Shown here piece after piece: positions 9,015 to 18,000 of a stretch of 39,363 bases of DNA. The notes under the pieces are model-generated. The model was not told the DNA's origin and did no database searches. It saw only the letters and a program-made list of their open reading frames with translations. Every line of letters begins with the position of its first letter. Positions within the stretch are counted from its first letter, which is position 1. Source of the stretch: Clostridia bacterium (GTDB lineage Bacteria > Bacillota > Clostridia > Oscillospirales > CAG-382); contig JAGBWF010000100.1 in assembly GCA_017629895.1 (NCBI GenBank), forward strand, positions 1 to 39,363, written 5' to 3'. The position numbers were made by a program, and so were the translations under genes.

Positions 9015-9488
9015 ATGAACCGTATTGCAAAATTTTATAAGGTTTCAAATACGCAGTTTGGGCGCGAAGGATATGAAAATATAATTCTTCCGAGGCGCGC
9101 AACGGCGGGCTCGGCGGGCTATGATTTTATCGCACCGTACGATTTTGTGCTCGAATCGGGCGAGGAAATCGTTATCGATACGGGTATCCGCGCGAAAATT
9201 GCAGAGGGCTGGGTGCTGGTTATATTGCCGCGCTCGGGCTCGGGCTTTAAATACGGCGTGCGCCTTGCGAATACCGCAGGGGTTATCGATTCCGACTATT
9301 TCAATGCCGATAACGAAGGGCATATAAAAATAAAGCTCGTCGGCGGAAATAAAACCTATACCGTAAAAGCGGGCGACGCTTTCGCGCAGGGGCTCTTTTT
9401 GCCCTACGGCATAACCGAGGACGACGAATGTACCGAGGAGCGCCACGGGGGATTTGGAAGCACTGATATTTCCCCAAAAAATCCTTGA
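9015..9488 (+). CDS. dut: dUTP diphosphatase (trimeric dUTPase)
   Basis: 157 aa. dUTPase motifs 'GSAGYDF', 'PRSGSG', 'GVIDSDY' and C-terminal 'RHGGFGST'. Confidence 0.85.
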   Translation: MNRIAKFYKVSNTQFGREGYENIILPRRATAGSAGYDFIAPYDFVLESGEEIVIDTGIRAKIAEGWVLVILPRSGSGFKYGVRLANTAGVIDSDYFNADNEGHIKIKLVGGNKTYTVKAGDAFAQGLFLPYGITEDDECTEERHGGFGSTDISPKNP

Positions 9489-9810
9489 TTTTTCGGGGAC
9501 CCCGAAACGCTAACGCTCTCGACGCGAAATGCAAGCATTTCGGTCGGTAATCCGCTGCGGCGGGTTTGGGATGACCGTTCGCTCGCGCAAAGTGTGTGCG
9601 CGCTTCGCTTGTCCACACTTTCGGTCATCATAGGTATAAAAATCCATGGGGTCCCTGAAAACGCTTGCGTTTTTGGGGCAAAACGCGCATGTCGCGGATT
9701 TTTATAGAAATTTAATTGTATTTATATTAAAAAGTTTTGAAGAGAGCGCGAGAGCGGCTTTTTCGAAAGACACTCTCGCATAAACAGAAAAAATATATTA
9801 AGGTGAAAAA

Positions 9811-10113
9811 ATGATTACGACAAAACAAAGAGCGTATCTTCGCTCGCTTGCAAATTCGATAGAGCCGACAACGCAGATCGGTAAATTCGGCATCGGCGAT
9901 ACGGTCATCGATACCGTCGAAAAGGCGCTTGAGGCACACGAGCTTATCAAGCTTACCATTCTCGAAACCTGCCCCGAAACACCCAAGGAAGCAATGGTTT
10001 CGCTTTGCGAAGCGCTTAACTGCGAAGCGGTTCAGGTTATCGGCAGAAAGGTGGTTATCTACCGCCAATCGAGCAAGATCGAAAACCGCAAGATAGTATT
10101 ACCGAGAAAATAA
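9811..10113 (+). CDS. yhbY: ribosome-assembly RNA-binding protein YhbY (CRM domain)
   Basis: 100 aa, SD AGGTGA. 'TTKQRAYLRSLAN...QIGKFG', 'HELIKLTI' and 'IGRKVVIYR' match the YhbY/CRM fold pattern. Confidence 0.8.
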   Translation: MITTKQRAYLRSLANSIEPTTQIGKFGIGDTVIDTVEKALEAHELIKLTILETCPETPKEAMVSLCEALNCEAVQVIGRKVVIYRQSSKIENRKIVLPRK

Positions 10114-10114
10114 A

Positions 10115-10147
10115 GAAAAACGGAACGCGAAAAACGTTCCGTTTTTT
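10115..10147. terminator. bidirectional intrinsic terminator (yhbY / lipoprotein gene)
   Basis: Stem CGGAACG (10121-10127) / CGTTCCG (10135-10141), flanked by an A-run upstream and TTTTTT downstream. It sits between convergent stops. Confidence 0.7.
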
Positions 10148-10152
10148 GTATG

Positions 10153-11370
10153 CTATCGTTCGGAAATTAACTTTTCGATGGTGGTTTTTTCGGTTTTGCC
10201 GTCGTTGTGCGTTATAATTATCGCGTTGGGATTTTCGGATTCGTTATCGAATTCTATCGAGCGTAGCTGCACAATATAGGTTTCGCCGTTTTCGTTGACC
10301 GCTTCGGACAGTTCTTCTTGATAAACCCGATTGCCGTTTTTATCGATAATAATCCACGGATCGGGCAAAAATCCGCCGTCTCTGGCTATTATATAGTCGC
10401 TTTCCGCTTTGCATTGCAGGGATAAAAGAAGGGTGGGCTCCTGCGTTGGATCGAGCATATTGCGCGCAAAGTATACGTCGGGCTCGGTCTGGTATTTGAG
10501 CAAAAGAAGTCCGTTTGTGAATATAGGCTCCTCGGACGTGTATTTGCGCGAAACAGAAGAACCGAGATAATCGTATCCGCCGTCGAAATAAACCCAATAA
10601 CCGCCCGAAAACATCTTGCTTTCGGTTAAAAGCGGCTCGTATTTGCGGATTGTAACTTCGGTATCGTATATAGTTTGTTTCGTTTCGAGCAAGGGCTTTA
10701 TCTCTTTTTCGGTCGCTTTGCCGTTTTCGATTGCGATTTCATAAATACGGGTGTCGCGCAGACCGAGCAGCTCGCAATCCTTTCCCTCGGGAACGGTTTC
10801 GGAAAGCAATTCGTAATAGCACTCGCCGCTCCCTTTGCCGTCGGTGTCTAATATTACGGTGCGCGTGTTCGAAAACCTGCTGTCCTTAGAGGGATAGCTG
10901 ATCAAAATATAACCGTCTTTGTTTTCGAAACCGCATACCTCGGTGAGCTTGGTTATCTCTTCGCCGTTTTCGTCGATTATCGATATCGAAAAGGTGCTGT
11001 TCGAGGTTTTGCCGTGGGCCAAAAAGCGATTTTCGGAAATCGCTTCTATCCCGCCTTGATACGAACCGCGGAAAAAGCTGCCGAGCTCTCTGTCGGTTCG
11101 CCAGAGTCTGAAGCCGTCGGGCTCGTAATATGCGCTGTAAACGTTGCCGGAAAGTCTTTTATACGAATAATTTCCGTGCTCGAACATATCCTCGTAGCTT
11201 TCGGCGGGATTTTCCGAAGCAGAGGCTTCGATGCTTTCGTGAGCGCTTGCGCTTGCCGATGCGTTATCCTCCGAAACGGCGGATTCGTTTGTATTTTCCG
11301 ACTTGGTGCAGGACGTGAGCATAGACAATATAACGGTTAAAAGTGTTATTGCGATGATAAGACGCTTCAT
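10153..11370 (-). CDS. uncharacterised lipoprotein with repeated hydrophobic-D-x-x-G motifs
   Basis: 405 aa from ATG 11370 (SD AAGGAGG). Signal peptide plus lipobox 'LSMLTSC', then an acidic Ser/Ala-rich linker. Recurrent 'IIDENGEEI', 'ILDTDGKG', 'IIDKNGNRV' elements. Confidence 0.7.
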   Translation of the reverse strand: MKRLIIAITLLTVILSMLTSCTKSENTNESAVSEDNASASASAHESIEASASENPAESYEDMFEHGNYSYKRLSGNVYSAYYEPDGFRLWRTDRELGSFFRGSYQGGIEAISENRFLAHGKTSNSTFSISIIDENGEEITKLTEVCGFENKDGYILISYPSKDSRFSNTRTVILDTDGKGSGECYYELLSETVPEGKDCELLGLRDTRIYEIAIENGKATEKEIKPLLETKQTIYDTEVTIRKYEPLLTESKMFSGGYWVYFDGGYDYLGSSVSRKYTSEEPIFTNGLLLLKYQTEPDVYFARNMLDPTQEPTLLLSLQCKAESDYIIARDGGFLPDPWIIIDKNGNRVYQEELSEAVNENGETYIVQLRSIEFDNESENPNAIIITHNDGKTEKTTIEKLISER

Positions 11371-11413
11371 GCTGTACCTCCTTGTGTTAGCTTTGATTGA
11401 AAAATATGTAACG

Positions 11414-11455
11414 TTAAAAAAGAGCAAGAATACGGGATTTCCGTTTCCTGCTCTT
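11414..11455 (-). terminator. intrinsic terminator after the SufC/SufBD pair
   Basis: On the minus strand, AAGAGCAGGAA / TTCTTGCTCTT forms an 11-bp stem including one G-U, followed by a T-run. It starts 10 nt after the stop at 11465. Confidence 0.65.
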
Positions 11456-11464
11456 TGTTTGTTT

Positions 11465-12391
11465 CTATGCGTTTTCGCCCAGGAAACCCTCGAGAATTTT
11501 TTCTTCGGCTTCTTCCTCGGTAAGACCGAGTGTCATTAATTTAATAAGCTGGTCGCCCGCTATTCTGCCGATAGCGGCTTCGTGGATAAGGTTTGCTTCG
11601 GGGTGCTCTGCCGCAACCGCGGGGATAGAGCTGATCGTTGCTTTGCCCATAAGTATCGAATCGCAACGGATATGACCGAAGCATTTCGCCTTGCCGGTTA
11701 CGCAGGGGCGGAACACCTGCTTCGATTCGTCCTGACCTACCGAGCGCGAGATGATTCTGCCGTTTGCGTTTTCGCCGTCGAGCACGAGATCCATATCCGA
11801 TTCGGCATATTGCTTGCCGTGGGTAAGGAGCTTTTCGTTGATTATCGCGTTTGCGTCCTTTGCGAGAACGACGGTTGTCTTTCTGTAGGTCGAATCGATA
11901 CCGCGTATCTGGGTGGTATCCATCTGAATCGTCGAGCCCTCGCCCGCGTAAACCACGGTTTCGGGGTTCATAATGCGTTCGCCGTTTCCGTCGCCGTCGC
12001 CGTAATGGCGTTCGGCATAGCGCACGATCGAATTTTTGCCGATATAGAAGGTGTGTATACCGTCGTGGCGCGATTCGCTGTCGCCGCAGTTGTGAATACC
12101 GCAGCCCGCCATAATGGTTACGTCGCAATTATCCCCGATAAAGAAATCGTTGTAAACCGTTTCGGTATGTCCCGAATCGGTGATGATAACGGGAATATGA
12201 ACCGTTTCGCCCTTGGTGCCGCTTTTGATATTTATATCGATACCGGGCTTATCGGTCTTGTTGTCGATACGGATGCTTTCGGTGGAAAATCTTCCTGCCG
12301 ATTCACCGTTTTTGCGTATATTGTATGCCCCCGTGGGAATGGAGTCCATAAGGGCAATTTCTTTAAGAAGCGAAAAATCAAGCTTGTCCAT
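11465..12391 (-). CDS. SufB/SufD-family Fe-S cluster assembly scaffold protein
   Basis: 308 aa. The beta-helix-type core 'IMAGCGIHNCGDSESRHDGIHTFYIG...VRYAERHYG' and C-terminal 'IHEAAIGRIAGDQLIKLMTLGLTEEEAEEKILEGFL' resemble SufB/D. Translationally coupled (TGATATG) to the SufC-like ATPase. Confidence 0.7.
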   Translation of the reverse strand: MDKLDFSLLKEIALMDSIPTGAYNIRKNGESAGRFSTESIRIDNKTDKPGIDINIKSGTKGETVHIPVIITDSGHTETVYNDFFIGDNCDVTIMAGCGIHNCGDSESRHDGIHTFYIGKNSIVRYAERHYGDGDGNGERIMNPETVVYAGEGSTIQMDTTQIRGIDSTYRKTTVVLAKDANAIINEKLLTHGKQYAESDMDLVLDGENANGRIISRSVGQDESKQVFRPCVTGKAKCFGHIRCDSILMGKATISSIPAVAAEHPEANLIHEAAIGRIAGDQLIKLMTLGLTEEEAEEKILEGFLGENA

Positions 12392-12392
12392 A

Positions 12393-13127
12393 TCAGTTGC
12401 CCTTTCTCATAAATTCACAGCCATAGTTGATATCGCCCGCCATAAGCTTGGGGAATATCTCGTCGCGCGCGCCGTACTGCGCGATTTTACCGCCCGAAAG
12501 CACGCAGATTTCATCCGCAAGCGAAATAATGCGTTCCTGATGCGAGATGATAATAATCGTCGCGTCGCTTTCCTTGTGGAGCTCACGGAAGGTTTCGGTA
12601 AGCTTTGCGAACGACCAAAGGTCGATGCCCGCTTCGGGCTCGTCAAAGATCATAAGTCCGCTGCCGCGTGCGAGTATGGTCGCGATTTCGATTCTTTTTA
12701 CCTCGCCGCCCGAAAGAGAGGTGTCTACCTCGCGGTCGACGTAATCGGCGGCACAAAGACCGACCTTATTAAGATAGTTACAGCAATCAATGCGGGAAAG
12801 CTTTCTGCCGCCTGCGGCGATCTGCAAAAGCGCTTTTACCGTCATTCCCGTGAAGCGCGGGGGCTGCTGGAAGCCGTAGCTAATGCCTGCGTGGGCACGC
12901 TCGGTGATCGACATATTCGTAACGTCCAAGCCGTTCCAGAGAATCTGACCGTCTGTCGACTGAACGATACCCGAAATCGCTTTTGCAAGCGTCGTTTTAC
13001 CGCCGCCGTTGGGGCCGGTGAGCACCAAAAATTTGCCGTTTTCGATATTGAGATCGATATTTTTAAGTATATCTATCCTTTCCGCTCCGTCGTTTGCGGA
13101 AAAGCAGAGGTTTTTAATTTCTAACAT
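12393..13127 (-). CDS. SufC-like ABC ATPase
   Basis: 244 aa from ATG 13127 (SD AAAGGAG). Walker A 'GPNGGGKTT', 'ERAHAGISYGFQQPP', signature 'LSGGEVKR', Walker B 'MIFDEPEAGID' and 'ISHQERI'. Confidence 0.8.
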   Translation of the reverse strand: MLEIKNLCFSANDGAERIDILKNIDLNIENGKFLVLTGPNGGGKTTLAKAISGIVQSTDGQILWNGLDVTNMSITERAHAGISYGFQQPPRFTGMTVKALLQIAAGGRKLSRIDCCNYLNKVGLCAADYVDREVDTSLSGGEVKRIEIATILARGSGLMIFDEPEAGIDLWSFAKLTETFRELHKESDATIIIISHQERIISLADEICVLSGGKIAQYGARDEIFPKLMAGDINYGCEFMRKGN

Positions 13128-13157
13128 TTTACAGCTCCTTTCATCTGAGCTCAATTA

Positions 13158-13186
13158 ATAATAACATATAACTGCAAAACATTCAA
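13158..13186 (-). promoter_or_regulatory. candidate sigma-A promoter of the SufC/SufBD pair
   Basis: Minus strand reads TTGAAT (13186-13181), 17 nt, TATTAT (13163-13158), preceded by TGt. Confidence 0.4.
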
Positions 13187-13220
13187 GAGGATAATGAAAA
13201 TTTATTTGAGAAATTTTACT

Positions 13221-13258
13221 AATAAGAAGACGAGCTCCGTTATAATACGAAGCTCGCC
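13221..13258 (-). terminator. candidate intrinsic terminator after the ABC-2 exporter
   Basis: Stem 13229-13239 / 13248-13258, 11 positions with 2 mismatches. On the minus strand it is followed by TTCTTATT. Confidence 0.4.
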
Positions 13259-13266
13259 TCGGTTTA

Positions 13267-14052
13267 TCAGAGTATTTCCTTTTTGTTGTAGCGGTAAACG
13301 GTGAAGAAGACGCATATCATAGCGATTGCGGCACCGATAAGAAGCTTTATCGCATCGATATTTCCCTCGGAAACGATGCGCGCGTTGTCGGCATAGCCGT
13401 AAGGGGTTATGAATTTAAGAAATTCAAGGCTTTCGGTGATGTTCGAGAGGATGTTCATAAAATAAAACAAAGCCGAAAGACCGATGCCGATTCCGATGCC
13501 CCCTCTGCGCACGAGCGAGGAAACGGCGAAGCAGATAAGCGCGATTTCGGTTTGCAGAATAAGCTGTGCGAGGAATATAAGAAGCATAATTTTCGGCTCG
13601 TAGCTTTCGCCGATCACGGCTGCCGCCGATATAGAAACGAGCGCCGAGGCAGAAACGAAGATGAGCATCTGCGCGATAACAGCCGAAAGCTTTTCCAAAA
13701 CAATTCGCGAGCGGCTTATCGGGTGGGCGAGAAGAAATTCCGCCGTGCCGTTCGATTCCTCCTTATAAAGCGCCGTTACGCCGACAAGCGCGGCAAATAT
13801 ACCGCCGCCGAGACCGATAGTATTTCCGCATTCGGTTGCGAAATATCCCATAAATTCGCCGAAGTTCAGCTTATCCATACCGAACGCATCGGTAAATGCA
13901 CCCATCTGCGAGAACATATCGGTAAGCTCGTTCATCTGGCTCTTCATTTCGGGGTAGATGAGAAGCGATATGCCGAGCATAGATGCAACCGCGAGCGACC
14001 ATATAATATATTGCCATTTGTTGACACGCATTTCGTGTTTAAAAAGTGTCAT
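13267..14052 (-). CDS. ABC-2 family transporter permease
   Basis: 261 aa from ATG 14052 (SD GGAGGAG, TAATATG junction with the ATPase stop). Six hydrophobic helices with a large first loop, typical of ABC-2 permeases. Confidence 0.75.
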   Translation of the reverse strand: MTLFKHEMRVNKWQYIIWSLAVASMLGISLLIYPEMKSQMNELTDMFSQMGAFTDAFGMDKLNFGEFMGYFATECGNTIGLGGGIFAALVGVTALYKEESNGTAEFLLAHPISRSRIVLEKLSAVIAQMLIFVSASALVSISAAAVIGESYEPKIMLLIFLAQLILQTEIALICFAVSSLVRRGGIGIGIGLSALFYFMNILSNITESLEFLKFITPYGYADNARIVSEGNIDAIKLLIGAAIAMICVFFTVYRYNKKEIL

Positions 14053-14053
14053 A

Positions 14054-14929
14054 TTATCGCTCCTCCTCGGTATAGTAATTGAGAAATACCTCTTCGGCAT
14101 CGGGGTCGGAAATCGTAATATCGACGAAGCTGAGCTTGGACAGCTCTTTAATAAGCTTATCTGCGTTACCGCTGTATAAAAAGCTGAGCGTATCGCCCTC
14201 CGCCTTGATATCGCGGGTATTTTCGATGACGGGGATATCGGTAATGCCGCGCAGGATTACGCGCTTTACGCCGGTACAGCTAAGATTTTCGATGCTGTCG
14301 GATACGAGAATCCTGCCGTCGCGGATGACCGCCGCCGTTTTGCAGTGCTTTCCGATTTCCGCAAGGTTGTGCGAGGAGAGAAATATAGTTGCGCCGTTTT
14401 GGTTGCGCTCCTTCAGAATATCGAAAAATTCACGTTGCATTATCGGGTCGAGTCCGCTCGTCGCCTCATCGAGTATGTAAAGCCTCGGCTTGTGCTGAAG
14501 CGCGCAGACGATGCCGACCTTTTTGCGATTGCCGAAGGAAAGCGAGCTTATTTTTCTTTCGGGCTCGAGCTTTAATCTTTCGCAAAGTATTTTTGCCTCG
14601 GCAGAGCAATCGATTCCGCGCAGGTTTGCCGAGAGAGCGAGCATATCGCGCACCCTCATACCCGAATAATAAGCCGTTTCCGAGGGGAGATAGCCGACGC
14701 TTTTCGCTATTTCGGTCCTGTCCTTCTCGATATCCATTCCGAATATTTCGGCTCTGCCTCCGGTTTTTTTAATAAACCCGAGCAGAGTTCTTATAGTCGT
14801 GCTTTTGCCCGCACCGTTGGGACCGATAAATCCGAAAAAATCGCCCTCCTCGATCTCGAGTGAAACGCGATCTATTCCGCGCGTCTTTCCGTAAAATTTT
14901 GTTAGCTCTTCGGTTTTGATTGCAGGCAT
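14054..14929 (-). CDS. ABC transporter ATP-binding protein (ABC-2 exporter type)
   Basis: 291 aa. Walker A 'GPNGAGKST', signature 'LSFGNRKK', Walker B 'LYILDEATSGLD', H-loop 'SSHNL'. Confidence 0.85.
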   Translation of the reverse strand: MPAIKTEELTKFYGKTRGIDRVSLEIEEGDFFGFIGPNGAGKSTTIRTLLGFIKKTGGRAEIFGMDIEKDRTEIAKSVGYLPSETAYYSGMRVRDMLALSANLRGIDCSAEAKILCERLKLEPERKISSLSFGNRKKVGIVCALQHKPRLYILDEATSGLDPIMQREFFDILKERNQNGATIFLSSHNLAEIGKHCKTAAVIRDGRILVSDSIENLSCTGVKRVILRGITDIPVIENTRDIKAEGDTLSFLYSGNADKLIKELSKLSFVDITISDPDAEEVFLNYYTEEER

Positions 14930-14994
14930 AATAAATCCTCATTTAACAAAGGTGTTAAATGTATTGTACCACAGCCCGACTGCTTTGTCAATAG

Positions 14995-15048
14995 AAAAAC
15001 GGCTTTGCAGGACTGCCCGAGGGGCGTCCCGCAAAACCGTTGATTTTT
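14995..15048. terminator. strong bidirectional intrinsic terminator
   Basis: 15-bp stem ACGGCTTTGCAGGAC (14999-15013) / GTCCCGCAAAACCGT (15026-15040), with 2 G-U pairs as RNA. Flanked by AAAAA upstream and TGATTTTT downstream. It begins 5 nt past the protease stop. Confidence 0.8.
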
Positions 15049-15052
15049 ATTA

Positions 15053-18000
15053 TCAGAACTGCGAAAGCGTTTTTTCGATATCGTCGCCCGTCATATAGCT
15101 GTTTTGCATAAGCCTTTCGACAAGCGCGTCTATCGCCGCCTTATTGTCTGTGATAATCGCGATGACGTTCTTCATTTCCTCGGAAAGAAGAGCGTTCACT
15201 CTTGCTCTTACCTCGGCGGAAAGCTCTCCGTTGAGTGCCGCATCCTGACCGACTACCGAAAGTCCGAACGGATCGTCCATACCGTAGGAGCATATCATCG
15301 CCTGAGCGACGCGGGTTGCGTTTTCAAGGTCGCCGCTCGCACCTGTCGTTATGCCGTCCTCGGCTCCATAGTATACGATTTCAGCCGCTCTGCCCGCAAG
15401 AGAAACGCGGATGCGGTTGATAAGATCCTTCTTGGTATAGGTGCCCTTGCTTTCGTGGTCGCCGTGCTGCATATAGCCGCCGTGGTTGCCGCGTGCGACG
15501 ATCGTGAGATAGGAGGGAGTTTCTCCGCCGTGGTAGCAGAGGAAGGCGTGGCCTGCCTCGTGGCGCGCGGTGCGTTCGAGGTCTGCGGGGTCCCACTGCC
15601 TCTTTTCGCCGCTGTTGAAGGATTCGAAGGCTTCCTCGAAGATTTCGTCGGTAACCTTATCGAGCCCCTTGATAAGCGTGGTACGGAGTGCGAGCTCAAG
15701 CACGTTTTCGAGAAGTGCAAGGCTCATACCGACCGAGCGGAGAGCGATGCTGTCGATAGTTTCCTCGCTCAGCTCAAAACGGGCGTTTTTCGAGGTCTTC
15801 ATCTGCAGGTAACGCTTTCTGTCGGCTCTTCCGGGAAGACCGATGTAAAGCTTGCGGTCGAAGCGGCGCATCAACGCACCGTCAAGGCTCTTGGGCGAGC
15901 CGGGGGTTACGTCGAAGTTTGTTGCCGCGAGCACGAATACCGGGCGCGCGGAATCCTTTTTAAAGCCGTCCATTTCGGTGAGCAGAGCTGTGAGAACAGC
16001 CTCACTGCCTCCGCCGTAGCCGGTGCGCTCCTTGGCGATAGCGTCGATTTCATCGATAAAGATTATCGTGGGCGCGTATTTTCTTGCGGTGCGGAAGAGC
16101 TTGTGGATCTTTTCGCTTCCGTCGCCCTGACCGTTGGACATAAGCTTGTTGCCCTCGACGTTTATAAAGGTCGAGTTGGACGCGCTTGCCATAGCCTTTG
16201 CGAGCAAGGTCTTACCGGTACCGGGAGGGCCGTAGAGCAGAACGCCCTTGGGTGCGCTTACGCCGGTGCCGAGATACTTTTTCGGGTCTTTAAGGTAATC
16301 TACGAAATATTTAAGCTCGCTCTGTGCCTCGGGTGCGCCGATAACGTCGTCGAAGCTTACGTTCGGCTTCGACATATTGCCGAGAATCTCGTCGCTGTCC
16401 TCGGGATCGACCGCAACGGCAAGCTTGAAGTCGAACAGGCTGATTTCGGCACATTTTCCGCCCTCGGTGAGCTTCTGTGCGGTTTCATAGGTAACGAGCT
16501 TGTTTGCGCGTGCGAGCTCGTTCATGCTCTGCTGCTGGTGGAGCTTGATGCAAAGCGATTCGACCTCCTCGGCAAATACGCCGTTTTTATCCGAGCCGTC
16601 AACGATTCCCTTAACGCCCTTGCGCATAAAGGAAACGATTTCCTCGCGGTCGAAATCGCGCTCTGCGGTTTCGATGAAGTATATGGGCGTTCCGTTGTGG
16701 TTTTCGTGTGCGAAATAGAAGAAATCGCGTGCTTCGGAAGCCTCGTCCTCGATATTCAGGTAATCGGCGTCATGCTTTTTGCCGTAGTTGATATCGATAA
16801 TAATTGCCTTGATATCGTGGTTTTTCAGGCAAGCCTTCGCCTGCTCTGCGTTTTCGCAGTGGCGGAAGATACATTTATCGGTCTTGCCCGTATATTTATC
16901 GGCAACCTCCTTGGAGGAGAAGAGAAGAAGCTCGGGAGTGTTCTTCGGGCGGAAGAGCTTGCAGATGTCCTCGTCGTTTTCGGGGAGTGCGATGCCGATC
17001 GAGATCTTCTCGATATCCTTTATTTCGGTATCGGTAAGCTTCGAGCTCGTGAGTCTCAAAAGCTCGTAAAGCTCGTTGTCGAAAAAGCTCTTTGCGCGGC
17101 CTGTAATAGTTCTCGCATCTGCGTTACCGCCCTCGGAGAAGAGGATTGCGGTATAAACCGAATCGTCGATTTCGGTCTTGATGCCGAACTTTTTGCCGAA
17201 AACGTCGCAGTGCTTGGTTATCTGCGCCTTTGCGATATCGTGAAGGATATAGGCGAACATGTGGTTGAACATAACGACGTTGCCCTGTGCGAAGCGCGAG
17301 CAGAGAGCCGCGGGGAAATAGGGCTCGTTTGTCGCGGGGTTGATATCCTTCTGAATGGCTTTAAGAATCACCTTGCGGGAAACGGCAGAGAAATCGCCGT
17401 TTTCGGTATCGTCATAGTATTGCTTGCCCGCGTTGGTGGTGAAGATGATATACGCATCCTTGAAAGATGCGACCTTGCTCGTGTTTGCATCGACGAGGGT
17501 ACCTGCGTCGAGCATCTGATACAAAAGGAAAAGAACTACGGAGTGCGCCTTTTCGATTTCGTCGAGAAGAATAACGCATCGCGGGTTATTAATAATATAC
17601 TCGGTCAGCACACCGCTTTTGCTGTCCTTATATACGGGGTCGGAGCCGATAAGGCGAATATGAGCCTCTTTATCTGCAAATTCCGACATATCGAAGCGCT
17701 TATAGGGAAGCTTGGTTTCCTTTGCGAAGGATTCTGCAAGAAGGGTTTTACCGACGCCGGGAGGGCCTGCAAAAAGGAAGGTTCCGCGCGGCTTGGTGCG
17801 CTCGGTTGCTGTCATTGCCAGAAGCTCGGATTGGAAATAACCCGAGGTTGTAACGTTGATCGCGTTTGCCTGACCGAGAATTTTCGAGGAGAGGACCTCC
17901 TGAATACGCTTTACCTCGGCTGTGAGCTTTTCGATTGCGCTCTTCGGGAGGGTGTTGCCGTCGGACGAAGCCGCCGCGCCCGATTGAATTACGGGCTCGG

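Noticed and set aside
9301-9631. ORFs of 105 aa and 75 aa on the minus strand spanning the dut 3' end and the dut-yhbY gap.
   Set aside because: The translations are Arg/Pro-rich. There is no SD, and they overlap dut in antisense. The gap is better explained as structured non-coding DNA (see finding).
11465-14929. The SufC/SufBD pair and the adjacent ABC-2 exporter, considered as a possible novel transport or immunity system.
   Set aside because: The minimal SufC plus short SufB/D pair is a common Fe-S assembly arrangement in anaerobes. The ABC-2 ATPase/permease pair has no linked peptide, regulator or modification gene. The two units are separated by their own promoter and terminator, and nothing ties them together.
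14995-15009. An identical 15-mer AAAAACGGCTTTGCA in two terminators (14995-15009 and 22446-22460), a possible repeated element.
   Set aside because: A single shared 15-mer is about what chance predicts for all pairwise comparisons in a 39-kb window on two strands. The loops and 3' arms differ, and both copies are simply an A-run plus a GC-rich stem.
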